DNA of 64,000 nucleotides, taken from NCBI GenBank assembly GCA_030141605.1, contig JAQGDQ010000919.1, positions 16,448-80,447 on the forward strand. Reading direction: 5' to 3'. This document shows positions 14,414 through 26,886 of the stretch, one piece after another; positions within the stretch are counted from its first letter, which is position 1; each line of letters opens with the position of its first letter. The translations under genes and the position numbers were made by a program. Source of the stretch: Tubiluchus corallicola (lineage: Eukaryota; Animalia; Priapulida). The notes under the pieces were generated by a model. It had not been told where the DNA came from. It did not search any database and worked only from the letters and a program-made list of their open reading frames with translations.

Positions 14414-14478
14414 AGCAGCATCATCATCATCATCAGCATCATCATCATTAATTAATTAATTAATTTTAATTAATTAAT
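14154..14478. repeat. (CAT/CAG)n + (ATTA)n compound microsatellite
   Basis: Direct reading; source of poly-H/Q ORFs. Confidence 0.95.
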
Positions 14479-15352
14479 GCATTATCCATCTGCGGAATAG
14501 CTATGGAATAAAAAATCAATATGAAATAGCTGCAGAAAAGTAAGTCATACTGCGGCTCATATAAATGGGTGCATTGAAATTATTTCATTGCTATTTTATT
14601 ACATTTATTATAAAACTGATTTTATCTATTCTGCACCCCCATATAACACATAAGCATTCTGGATGCTACATAAATGCCACTTAATGTTTTTTACACGTTT
14701 AGCACTGCACACTATTTCAAAGTTGTCTATCAAAGTTGATTTTGATATAGGAATTGGTTGAAATGTTGTGGTCACTATGCATGTATTCACTGTTTATCCT
14801 CTGATACGGCGTGCATACCAGTTATACACATCTAACATATATGAATTTACATTTTCAAATAGAACTATACTAAAGTTTTTACAATTTTTAGCATTTTTAT
14901 ATACATTTTAAACCAGTAATTCACATAATGTATTCAGAATAGTTGTGAAGTCAAACTTTGTAAATTTAAAAGGTTTTAAAATCAAAATTTAGGAAATGCA
15001 TTTTAGCGAAAGCAGCAGCAGTTGTATTTACACTTTTTTTTAAAAATGCTTGTAGATAGTTCGACGGTGCTAATTTTATTTTAAAATGTTTTCATTAGTG
15101 TTTTGTTAGAATATCTATGCTATTCTATTGTTTAAAATACCTGTACTTTACTGGTGATTTAATATTATAGGTAATTATGAGACACAGAGATCAGAAATTT
15201 AGATATTTGTGTTAGGTATTATTTAAACTGTTGTTGAAGAAGTTTGTATTTAAGATGATCTCAAAAATTAATGTTTTTATACTGAGAAACCATCATAGGC
15301 TTTGGAGAACGTTGCATAAAATATTTGCATGTTAATCCCCTACTGTCTAGTC

Positions 15353-15851
15353 CAGGGGTGTGCAAATTATCTGACTAGCCGGGCCACATTAAACTTTCCC
15401 GCAATTCCTGCGGGCCACAGGCAGTTTGGTCAAGGAGCCAAGTACAGAAAGGCCTAATAACGATTTTTTGCATCCGACCTGCGTACATCATTACTACTAC
15501 ACTCAAGAAACTATTTTAGAAGTTATTAAAATTTATATTACAAACCATATATTTCTACTTTCAGAACAGATAGTGGTAATTTCATTACAATACATATCAG
15601 TAATGTGTATCACACAGTCTGTGTAGTACAGTGACATTAAGCTACAACCGTCTTGTAAGGGTTAATGGCATCCGATCTAGTAGAAAAAACTACCCGCACT
15701 ATCTTTGGGATCGTGGTACGGACTTCAGCTGGATACACTCAATTAATCGCCCGGGCCACACTTTCATTAGGTTGACAAATCTCTTCGCGGGCCGCACAAA
15801 TTCTCTCGGCGGGCTGCGAGTGGCCCGTGGGCTGCAATTTGCACACCCCTG
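15353..15851 (+). mobile_element. hAT-Charlie-like MITE, family B copy 1
   Basis: TIR CAGGGGTGTGCAAATT...AATTTGCACACCCCTG; perfect 8 bp TSD GTCTAGTC. Confidence 0.93.
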
Positions 15852-16558
15852 GTCTAGTCTGAGACCTTTTTAGTTTCATGTAGGATCTCATATAGGACAC
15901 GACTTGATGCTTACATGTTTTCATGAAATTTTGTTTTGAAAGAAATGAGAATGGACAGTAACTGTCGGAAAATAGCGCAGTCCAAAATGTCAATGATTAA
16001 ATTTGTGATGAAAAACTTGTATCAAGCTTGCATTCATTTCAAGTCAATGAGTTGTTATTTTTTCCAACAGGTGGCACTTAGTATGATGGCAACGTAGTTG
16101 TAAAACACCAGACAAGTGAAAATTTAAATTCGATTGCCACATTTGTCGTTTTTTCTTTACCAATTTGTTTTTTAAATCTGTTTCTTGTTGCTGAATTCCA
16201 CTTGCAGGACAGTAGATGGCGCAATTTATACTGTGCTGCCATCTGCACTTAAATCTATAATTACAGTAATGAAAACTAGTCTTTAAATTTTAAAGTTGTT
16301 TAACGTAATCTAACATTGTAATTTTTCTAATTGTAATTGCAAATGAAAACAATATTGTTGCATTTACAGGTTGTGCAAACAGTTTATTGGATCTAGATTG
16401 TTGTTGTTATACGTGTTTTATTTATTACGATAGATTGTTGATACATAGTTAGGTATTTTATATTGGAAGATAGGGCTAGTCATGCTAGATAGCTTGTGTT
16501 AGTCCAAACTAAAAGTAATGTGTAGTTTTACTATGTATTTTGACATCATTGTTTAAAT

Positions 16559-17940
16559 AGCTAGACGTTTGATGTAGGGAGGTTTAATTCTTGGGTTACT
16601 GTTTGGTATCAGTACGGCAGTAGAACAGCTAGAGGTTTGATGTAGGGAGGTTTAATTCTTGAGTTACTGTTTGGTATCAGTACGGCAGTAGAACAGCTAG
16701 AGGTTTGGTGTAGGGAGGTTTAATTCTTGAGTTACTGTTTGGTATCAGTGCAGCAGTAGAACAGCTAGGGGTTTGGTGTAGGGAGGTTTAATTCTTGAGT
16801 TACTGTTTGGTATCAGTACAGCATTAAAAAAGCTAGAGGTTTGGTGTAGGGAGGTTTAATTCTTGAGTTACTGTTTGGTATCAGTGCAGCAGTAGAACAG
16901 CTAGGGGTTTGGTGTAGGGAGGTTTAATTCTTGAGTTACTGTTTGGTATCAGTACGGCAGTAGAACAGCTAGAGGTTTGGTGTAGGGAGGTTTAATTCTT
17001 GAGTTACTGTTTGGTATCAGTGCAGCAGTAGAACAGCTAGGGGTTTGGTGTAGGGAGGTTAAATTCTTGAGTTACTGTTTGGTATCAGTACAGCATCAGA
17101 ACAGCTAGAGGTTTGGTGTAGGGAGGTTTAATTCTTGAGTGACTGTTTGGTATCAGTACAGCATCAGAACAGCTAGAGGTTTGATGTCAGTTTCAGCATC
17201 AGAACAGCTAGAGGTTTGGTGTAGGGAGGTTTAATTCCCGTGTTACTGTTTGGTATCAGTGCAGCAGTAGAACAGCTAGAGGTTTGGTGTAGGGAGGTTT
17301 AATTCTCGAGTTACTGTTTGGTATCAGTGCAGCAGTAGAACAGCTAGGCGTTTGCTGTAGGGAGGTTTAATTCCCGAGTTACTGTTTGGTATCAGTGCAG
17401 CAGTAGAACAGCTAGAGGTTTGGTGTAGAGAGGTTTAATTCTTGAGTGACTGTTTGGTATCAGTACAGTATCAGAACAGCTAGAGGTTTGATGTCAGTAC
17501 AGCATCAGAACAGCTAGAGGTTTGATGTCAGTTTCAGCATCAGAACAGCTAGAGGTTTGGTGTAGGGAGGTTTAATTCCCGAGTTACTGTTTGGTATCAG
17601 TGCAGCAGTAGAACAGCTAGAGGTTTGGTGTAGGGAGGTTTAATTCCCGAGTTACTGTTTGGTATCAGTGCAGCAGTAGAACAGCTAGAGGTTTGGTGTA
17701 GGGAGGTTTAATTCTTGAGTGACTGTTTGGTATCAGTGCAGCAGTAGAACAGCTAGAGGTTTGGTGTAGGGAGGTTTAATTCTTGAGTGACTGTTTGGTA
17801 TCAGTGCAGCAGTAGAACAGCTAAAGGTTTTGTGTAGGGAGGTTTAATTCTTGTGTTACTGTTTGGTATCAGTACAGCATCAGAACAGCTAAAGGTTTTG
17901 TGTAGGGAGGTTTAATTCTTGTGTTACTGTTTGGTATCAG
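16559..17940. repeat. 68 bp minisatellite array (~20 units, a few truncated)
   Basis: Unit AGCTAGAGGTTTGGTGTAGGGAGGTTTAATTCTTGAGTTACTGTTTGGTATCAGTGCAGCAGTAGAAC. Confidence 0.97.
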
Positions 17941-18087
17941 TTATTTATTGTAATACGGTATCAGAACTGCAATATATTTATATAACTGCTGCAGTCGAAT
18001 AGGGTTGCCTACAGCAAGCTAATGTAACCACTGTGTCAAGTAGGGCATTATCTCGCATTAATTTCTGTTATTGTTAACCTAGATTTC

Positions 18088-18116
18088 ACGTCATTTTGCC
18101 ATCTTAAATTGTAAGT
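18088..18116 (+). promoter_or_regulatory. Candidate PHF5A core promoter and short non-coding first exon
   Basis: Inr-like TCATTT (18091), YY1-like GCCATCTT (18098), donor GTAAGT (18111); acceptor CAACAG ends at 19156, just upstream of the ATG. Inference only. Confidence 0.5.
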
Positions 18117-19187
18117 AGTATGCTTGATTTGTTTCCGCTCCACATTATTGTGTTGACTTTCATTTGTGCAGTTGATTTTCTATCTCTTTAGTTAGCGCAG
18201 AAAAATTTGGACTTAGGTAAATAAAATATACTACTGTTGCCTAATTATATCAATGCTTAAAGTTTTTAACGGACTGATTGATTACGTTATTGCCACCAGT
18301 TTTTTGTTTTGCAGCGTGTTATTTATTTCGTGATTTGTTTTAGTTATGCAAAATGGGTTTGAGCTTGCTGATTTGCTACTAATAAAAAGCTGACATTTTT
18401 ACACAAAGACAAATATTTTACATGTTTCTTGCTGTGTTTGCTAAGAGTAAATTAAAGTAAATTACACCATCATTAATGCATTACAACTGGCATCAAAGTT
18501 TGAAAAGGCTGCATGAAAAATAAGGTAAATTGTAAACTGCAATACAATATTATGACCGTGTCAATAATCACTACTGCCTGGTTATGCTTAGCTTTTCCGT
18601 ATACACTAAAGAAGCTTGCTACACGGCACAACACTCCTTGCATCATGTTTTTGTTGGTCCCTTTGAGAAACAAAGAGGGAAACCTCTTATTGTCGGGTTT
18701 ATTTCTACTATTCTTACTATTTATTTACTAGTGAGATCTCCTATTATGGCACTGCTAACTAATTGAATTTCTGCGCAAATTTCCTGGTTAATTTTAATCT
18801 CATCCATGACACTAATAACTGAGATATGAATCTATCTTATTAGGGTGTTAGGCACTGTATTATAAGTAAAATTCATACCTGACTGTTTCAGTGTTCAATG
18901 CGTTTAATTTTTACAATGGCTTTTGGACCCTTTTCCAACAGTTTTTTACCCAGTTAGATATGTTTTGGCTGTCGTTGTTGCTAAATAAAGTCGCTTGAAA
19001 GGAATGTTAAGTTGATTAGTGAACGTCAATAGATTTGATATACGGGTAAACCTCGTTTTTGCTAGATATGTTGAACGTGAACGTGAATGTTGTTTATGTT
19101 GTTGAAACGTAACTTTTTTTTGAATTGTATTTTAATGCTACTAATTTGTACAACAGATACTAGACGTAACTAACTTGTCTAAATTTA

Positions 19188-19239
19188 ATGGCGAAGCATC
19201 ATCCAGATTTAATATTTTGTAGAAAGCAAGCTGGTGTTG
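19188..19239 (+). CDS. PHF5A: PHF5A (SF3B14b/Rds3) coding exon 1
   Basis: ATG...: MAKHHPDLIFCRKQAGV, 52 nt, donor gtaagt. Confidence 0.98.
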
Positions 19240-20373
19240 GTAAGTGTAATGAAATATTCAATTTATAGCAATTTTTAAATAAAAAAAGTTGTAAAATTAT
19301 ATAGTTGTGACTTGAATCAGTTTTGTAGGAGAGGCAATACCGTAAATGTGTTGTAAATGTCCAATCCCTTTTATTAGCTTGATAAGATTATGGGCGGTTT
19401 TACTACGTAGTAATAATATAGGAAAAATATCTTCATGATGGTATCGTAGTAGTAGGAGTAAAAAAATTTATCAGATATTATTGTGAATATATTTAAAATA
19501 TATTAAAGGGGCCTAAGTTAGGGAACAGGGGCGTAATATCACTGACCATAGTCACAGAAGATCATGGGACACGATAAAAAGTAATTCTGTGTTTCTCCCT
19601 TGTGTTTTTGCGAGCTGTGCTGTTGAGTTTTTTCTATGTGTTCATATTCGTTTTAGTGTGATATTTTTATATGATAGTGATACGAAATAAAAAACTCCCA
19701 AAGAGTACTTATTAACAGAAGCTTTCAGCCGGACTGTAGTGACAGTTTCAAACAACACATCTTTGTTTTCTTTTTCCTTGTTTAATAATTATATTATCTT
19801 TTATTTCATTATTACAATTCTTATCATTAAATTGTGTTATTACGTAACCTTATTACGATATTATTTACGATTTGTTTGATATTATTTTTTGCTTTACATT
19901 GAATTTCATTAATTTTTTGCTTGATGTTATGCCTTGTTATGCATTGAATTGCATTTCCGCTTTGAGTTGATTTTTGTTGCTTTTGCCTTTATTGATACAC
20001 AAACACCTAAATATGTCATGAGCCTTTGAGTAAACTTGTATTTTTAATAAGGGGCAGCTGACCAAGTGACCAATAGGTCTTTCGCTGCTCCTTCTCAGCT
20101 GCAATGAAATGTAAAAGTAATTATGACGAATTCTAACTGCTATTGAGAAAATAAAATTGAATTGAATTATTGTTTGGTTATGTTTGTTATTCTTGTTGTG
20201 ATTATTTATTTTATCAAAATTGATATCTTATAGTCGGAAGAATTAAATTGGTCTAAAATTCAAGTAGTTCCTCCATTAATTAATAAATTTCATTGAAAAA
20301 CAATTTCCTTGATTGTATTCATTGAAGAAAGTTGATGTGCTATGTAGTAATCACTGGATTTTTTTCGTTTCAG

Positions 20374-20397
20374 CCATTGGAAGGCTATGTGAGAAAT
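20374..20397 (+). CDS. PHF5A: PHF5A coding exon 2 (24 nt microexon)
   Basis: ttcag/gtaagt: (A)IGRLCEK(C). Confidence 0.97.
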
Positions 20398-21339
20398 GTA
20401 AGTGAAGAATCACATATGTGATATATACTTTGCTGTACTTTGCTGAAGCAGAACATTGCACTGCATTGCTGCATTGCTTTATGCCGTGCAGTTATTTTCA
20501 TTTCAATAAACAGGTTTATTGTTAAGTTTGATTGTCTGAGTAGCGTGATTATAGTCTGATGAGTTTGTGTCTAAATAACTATGGAAGTTTTTGCTGAATC
20601 AATCAAAGTGGTTTATTTATGACATTGCAGCAGTGATCAGGCTGAAATAACAACAACAAAATAATTACATATAATACTGCCCTACCGCATAGAGCGTAAG
20701 TGCAAATATAAATGTTTGGAATTATACTAATTTAAGAATTCTTCCTTTAATCACAAAAGTAAAACTGCAAATAATATACCGTTCTAAATGTTAAACATCT
20801 GCTTGACACTGCATGGAGTTCTTATTGTTAAATGTGTTAAAAATTGCCTCCTGGCAAATAGCAATATGGGTACTCTTCATATGCTGAAATCTTCGAGATC
20901 CTCTAGTGTCGTGGAAAACTTTTAAGAGAAATTCTTCACAAACATTTTACTCATAAGTGACTTTTGCTTCTAGAAAAAATAAAAAAAAATTTTTGAATGT
21001 GAACAATTAGTTACTGTATTACATCATTTTGATACCAGCTGTTTATAATTGTTGTTTTATATTAAAAGTATTTCGTTTTCTAAAGTTACATAATTTGAGA
21101 TATAGAACAGTCGACGCTCGATTGTCGGAACTCGATTAAAATGAATTAATTATAATATAACATACATAATATTAAATTGCTACATAAGATGATAATATTG
21201 CAGTAATTTATTAATTACCCATGGAAATTTTAGCCTCAGAATTTAACTAATGAAAAATGTGAAGAATTAATCCAATTAGCTAGAATCACTCTAGTATCAG
21301 TTATTGGTGATGAACTTTGGATTGCCTTGACCACTGGGT

Positions 21340-21470
21340 GATACTGTGGCCCAAAGGTCTAAGACATCTGCTTTGTAAACAGAAGGTTCCCGGTTCAAAT
21401 CCAAGCTGCATTGCAACCGCGTTTCCTGTTTCACACCTCTTTTAAATCTGATTTAATTAATTGTGAGTTT
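21340..21470 (+). mobile_element. Degenerate tRNA-derived SINE, family T copy 2
   Basis: TGGCCCAAAGGTCTAAG...CTTTGTAAACAGAAGGTTCCCGGTTCAAATCC. Confidence 0.6.
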
Positions 21471-21507
21471 GTGTTGTAATTAAAATGAACACTTTTAATC
21501 CTTTCAG

Positions 21508-21674
21508 GTGATGGCAAGTGTGTTATCTGTGACTCGTACGTGAGGCCTTGCACTCTTGTCCGGATATGTGATGAATGTAACTACGGTTCGTATCAAGGTC
21601 GTTGCGTCATCTGCGGAGGTCCGGGCGTGTCTGATGCCTATTATTGTAAAGAATGTACCATACAGGAAAAAGAC
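21508..21674 (+). CDS. PHF5A: PHF5A coding exon 3
   Basis: ttcag/gtaaga, 167 nt: [55 protein letters not shown]. Confidence 0.99.
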
Positions 21675-21697
21675 GTAAGAACCCGTAAATTTATTAA

Positions 21698-22318
21698 AGG
21701 AGAGAACAAGTCATTGTTGGGTTTATTTTACTGTTATTGTTTAAACTTGGAAAATTACAACAGTAAAGAAATTTGCAAAAAAATGTCTATTTTTACTACC
21801 GCTGTATAGAAATTTTCTGGTGAGGTGGTGGCTGCCGTTCACTTGACAATTATGACGAAACTCGTGCACTTCGGGACTTTTCGTACGCTTGTGCATTGTC
21901 GCCATCTGTAAGCAAGCATTGCTTAAATTAATTCAAACTTCTGCAGCTTGCCTAACGTTTATACAAAAATATTACAAATTATCTAAACTTGTAAAAACTT
22001 GTTATAGTTTTACATTATATCTAAATTTTGTAAAAACTTGTTATACTTTGGCAAAAATTGACAGTACGCTGCTTTTCTTAAGCCAGTGAGTGACATCATT
22101 GGTGGAAAAATGGATGTTCAAAATGGGAGTGCCCAAGTCTGTAATGATCGCGATTTTAAAGGGATTTTATTAATTACAAGAGGCGCTCATCACACTTATC
22201 ACACTTATCACATGATTATCACACGCTTATCACACTTATCACATGCTTATCACACTTTCATTACTAAATCCTAACATATTTCGGGAACACTAACTTCCCC
22301 GAAGGCTGAACTTTTCCT
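21698..22318 (+). mobile_element. Kolobok-like MITE, family K1
   Basis: TTAA|AGG...CCT|TTAA ends; internal sequence shared with the copies at ~45340-45910, ~47389-47935 (minus) and ~55240-55730. Confidence 0.7.
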
Positions 22319-23288
22319 TTAATTTTCTTAGTCGATGTTTGAATGATAATTGTACAATTTTGTATTCTTACTATTTGACTGTAAGGACGTGCAGAAGTCT
22401 AAAAAACAGAAAAAATTTTCTTTTTGTTGTCAAGTGTTAGAAAAATGCTGAATTTCCTAGTGTTGTTGAAGTGAGAGACTTATAAAAAAAAGAAAGAGCT
22501 TTTTCATAAAAATCTTGGTGTGTACGTAACATTTTTGTGTTAGATGGGTAAACGTGATTTCATATTTTTATTATTCTTTCACTCTTACTCTAGTTCCAAC
22601 TGCCGATGTAGGGTCTATTGTTTATTATTATTATATTGTTTATTTCGAACGTATAGTTTACATTGAAGTACAAAATTATCTAGGAAAAAAAATAAAATTA
22701 CAATTATATACATAAAAAATTAGTACTTAATATCAAAACAAAGAAAAGTAATACAATACAGGTATTACAATTACACACATCCTAAATAACCTCATATTTA
22801 TTATACATATTATATTATACATACCTTATTATATGATGTTATACCAATGGAAAATACCCATGAAAAGTTAATTAACGCAGAACCAATTTTTAATTTCATT
22901 TAAGTTACACATTTCGTAAAAAGCTTATAGTTGTGGTTACACATTTCAAGTTAATGGGAAGATAAAATGGCATATTGCTGTGTTCAGTGGTCGTTATAAA
23001 CTATTAAAATTAATTTTTCAGAGGCTGAAGAAAGTTTGTTAAAACTATCGTTAAGTTTTTATGTTCCAAAATTTTAGATCACTGCAAATAGATGTTGTTG
23101 CATTTTTTGTACAAAGGCAATGAAGAATTATATCAAAAATTTGACAAAGAACAGTCATAGCTTTAGTGAAGAACTTTTTTTCAGTTTAGTTTGTCTTAGT
23201 TCCTTTGCAACATTTGTGAATAAACAATTCTTTTTGTTTTAGTATAAAAATAACTTGTGTTATAAGTATCAAATTTGCACATTTTCAG

Positions 23289-23378
23289 AGAGATGGGTGT
23301 CCAAAGATCGTGAATCTCGGCAGTTCGAAGACCGATTTGTTTTACGAACGGAAGAAATACGGGTTTAAGAAGAGATAG
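23289..23378 (+). CDS. PHF5A: PHF5A coding exon 4
   Basis: ttcag acceptor: [32 protein letters not shown]; spliced total 110 aa. Confidence 0.99.
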
Positions 23379-23549
23379 TATCGTTTCATTTTGATTTCAA
23401 CATGTTGAAACTTTGTCGTGCGTTTCAGACATTCTTTGATCATATTTTTCTACACTATCTGTCTCGTGTGTATATTTTGGAAATGCACAAGTGCTCTACA
23501 GTCACGTTAATCTGAACAATAATTATTGTATGACTTGAATGGTATACAT

Positions 23550-23945
23550 GAGGGGTATGCAAATTACCTGACTAGCCGGGCCACATTAAGCATTCCCGCA
23601 ATTCCTGTGGGCCACATGCAGTTTGGTCAAGGAGTCAAGTAACCAAGTAGGACCTAATAACGATTTTTTTGCATCCAATTTGCGCACATCATTACTATTG
23701 CACTACTACAGTCCAGAAACTATTTTAAAAATTATTAAAATTTATATTAAAAACCATATATTTCGTCATGTCCGACAGTGACATTAAGTGACAACGGTCT
23801 CGTAAGGTTTAATGCCATCTGATTTAGAGGAAAAAACTACCCGCACTGTCTTTGCGATATTGGCGCAGACTTCAGCTGCATCGCATGGGCCGCACTTTTG
23901 TTACGTTGACAAACCTCTTCGCGGGCCGCAGTTTGCACACCCCTG
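23550..23945 (+). mobile_element. hAT-Charlie-like MITE, family B copy 2 (internally deleted), probably in the PHF5A 3' UTR
   Basis: GAGGGGTATGCAAA...TTTGCACACCCCTG; TSD GTATACAT/ATATACAT; homologous to 15353-15851. Confidence 0.85.
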
Positions 23946-24179
23946 ATATACATGGATGATGACTTGATCTCAGCTCTTCGTACAAAACATGGGTGTGTAG
24001 TAGAGATGGGATGGATCCGCCTTTTCTGGAGCCAAAGTGTTTCCAGGATTGTGGGGTCCAATTGTGCCGAATGTGTTCCTATCTGGATCCCACTCCCTCT
24101 GAAAATTGAAACTTGCTGGTACTCATTCTTGTGCACTGACAGCTGGACATCTTTGTGTGCTTCTGTATTGCATCTGTGT

Positions 24180-24185
24180 AATAAA
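24180..24185 (+). terminator. Candidate PHF5A polyadenylation signal
   Basis: First AATAAA I found after the stop, with TGTA just upstream; not verifiable without RNA data. Confidence 0.35.
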
Positions 24186-24212
24186 TGAATTTATATTTCG
24201 TAAATTTGTCAA

Positions 24213-24588
24213 GGTGATCTTCAGTTCCAGATGTAGCACCTGCCGGCGTCGGTGATATTCCGTTCCAGATGTAGCACCTGCCGGCATCGGTGATATTCAG
24301 TTTCAGATGTAGCACCTGCCGGCGTCGGTGATCTTCAGTTTCAGATGTAGCACCTGCCGGCGTCGGTGATCTTCAGTTCCAGATGTAGCACCTGCCGGCG
24401 TCGGTGATCTTCAGTTCCAGATGTAGCACCTGCCGGCATCGGTGATCTTCAGTTCCAGATGTAGCACCTGCCGGCGTCGGTGATCTTCAGTTCCAGATGT
24501 AGCACCTGCCGGCGTCGGTGATCTTCAGTTCCAGATGTAGCACCTGCCGGCATCGGTGATCTTCAGTTCCAGATGTAGCACCTGCCGG
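24213..24588. repeat. 38 bp minisatellite (~10 units)
   Basis: Unit GGTGATCTTCAGTTCCAGATGTAGCACCTGCCGGCGTC. Confidence 0.97.
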
Positions 24589-25089
24589 AGACTAACTTTT
24601 GTGCTTTTCAACAATTTGTGATTTTGCGTTATTGTGTAATAATGATGACAAGAAGTGGACTCTTTTTAGTTAAAAGTTTTTTCTTTTAAATCTTTTGTAT
24701 TCAGTTACTTAAGTAGGATAAAGCTACAGAAAAAATGTTAGTGTTGTATTATTAATTTCATACCGAGTAATTTTGGGCTGTGTGTAATTTACTGTAACTT
24801 GGCCTTGATCGCGGCATGTTGATTTGGCAGTAGTTCATAGGAAGGAGTTTAAACTCAGCTTATAAAGTTGTGTTGATCTGGGAAAAATCCCTGTGTTTTA
24901 CAAATGTATTAAAATGTGGTTACTGTGCAGTTTTAATGTGTCTAATATGTTGCTGGTACATTCATATCTCAGTTTGCCAGACAAAAGCGGGGAGACGTCT
25001 GTCCGAATTTGCCGATTGTCCGTATTTATCGATACTAAGCTAATATAAGCAGGCGCCATGTATTAGACTCACGGTAATGTACAATCAAT

Positions 25090-25300
25090 CACCTAATTGT
25101 CTCAAAAACATCTAGTATGGGCTACTTGTATGCAAAAGTATATAAAAACTCATGGCAATTGACTCAAGTAACTCTGCATAATTGATTGTGAACCAATTAC
25201 ATGTGCTGATTAAACCACTAAACACGCTGACATACAAGCTACGCACTTATCGTTACATGCTGTTCGGATGTAAACAAAGTGATGCAACGCCTGCTAGCAG
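25090..25300 (-). mobile_element. Diverged fragment related to MITE family A interior
   Basis: Reverse complement matches TCACTTTGTTTACATC...GAGTCAATTG...TTTTTGAGACAATTAGGT of 7609/9004. Confidence 0.6.
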
Positions 25301-26886
25301 TCTGTGTTCGTAGTATGCAGGACCAGATTTTGTTCGAATTTCCCGATATTGATGAAAACGAGATATGAACATACTGTGTTTTGTATTGAGCAGGTGACTT
25401 TGTGTGTGAGTGGTCGTACTACGTGTGTGTGTGCGTGCGTACGTGTGTGTGTACGTGTGCGCGTGCGATGTTGTCATTTTTCACCTCTTCCTGCTTGTTT
25501 ATAAATTTTGAAGTATAAAAATGCTCTAAAAGTGCATTCAGTGTGTTTGCTAACAGTCAGTTTCACCAAAGCGTGATGATAATTATTTGATTATAATTTT
25601 GATTAAAGGAAAACCATACCAAATCTGAAACTGTACTTCAAACTGATCTAACCTATAAAATATTGAAAGACAATATATTCATACTTAAGAATGACTTATG
25701 TGAAACCGCAGAAACTTAATTTTGTGTTTGCACGGCTAATTTTTTGTTGTTACACATAGTTTGCCATTCAATAAACAGGTACTAGTGCAGGGGTTAAAAT
25801 GTCTACTTTTTGCCATACTTCTGTATGGGGTAGGATATGAAAAATCATCCTGTTTTTCTTTAGTGAAATTCTGTGGAAGTTCACTACAATGTCACCTTTA
25901 TCAGAAAAAAATATGAGTTGCATTTTTTATAAGTTTCATGTAACTAGAGCACAATGCCATATTGTCATTATCGGTAAATGAAAAAAAATTTTGTCTCGTG
26001 TCTTGTCAGTTGACATGCTCAGATTTTAATGATTTTAATAAAATATTTGTATAAAGTATGAGCTAGCTGTGAAAATTAAATAAATTTTGCTAAAAAATAA
26101 TTTTATACTCGTATTATTTTGTTTAGCAGCTAATATTTTGTAGCAATATTAATAAAATTTGTATAGTGAATTAGTGTAGACAATCATTGCTGTAGGTATG
26201 ATTGTTCTGATTACTTGTATGAAAAATTTTGATACTTTTCTGCATCGGCGTGCAGGTAGCAGCACAAGCGCGGCGTCGGGCAATTTTGAATACGTTTACT
26301 TTGCTCATTTTCTATTCGCTAGAGAACGCCACCTTCGTTTCGTGGCTGTGAAATAAAAATATGAAGTTGTGTTTACTGTCTGGCGAGTCAGTGTTCTTCT
26401 TGTTTGAGATAATTGACACTTGTCTGGTTCTGATGTGGCTGCGATTTACAACAGGAAAAGTAGAACGGTCGTGTTAACATTACAGTGTTTATGCTGCTAA
26501 ATAAAAGTGTTTTTATTGATATGATGATAAAGTAAATAGGTGCATGTCGTGTATAGCTCGTCAATGTGATTACATTTTTAATTCCAGGAATTTGTTGATT
26601 ATTGTAAGACTCGTGACTGTACCTAACTCATTGTGGTTATACTGTAAGTGAGACCACCGATCTCATTTAATCAACTACTGAACGTATAATACTAAATAAG
26701 CTATTCTGTCACACAGTGTCACTATTAGTATTATAAGTATATTCTATTAATTTAACGTCTACTGTAAGTTACTACTAACTGGAAAAGCTGTTTTGAATTA
26801 CGAACAAAATGACGAAAGCGAGTATGTAGGCCTACACAAGACAGAGACAATATCGTAGAGGTGATTACATTGTTAAATTTATAGCA

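Noticed and set aside
11965-14451. Poly-I/L/H/Q/M ORFs
   Set aside because: Trinucleotide microsatellites.
21340-21410. Functional tRNA gene
   Set aside because: No intact acceptor stem; related degenerate copies with shared tails point to a SINE.
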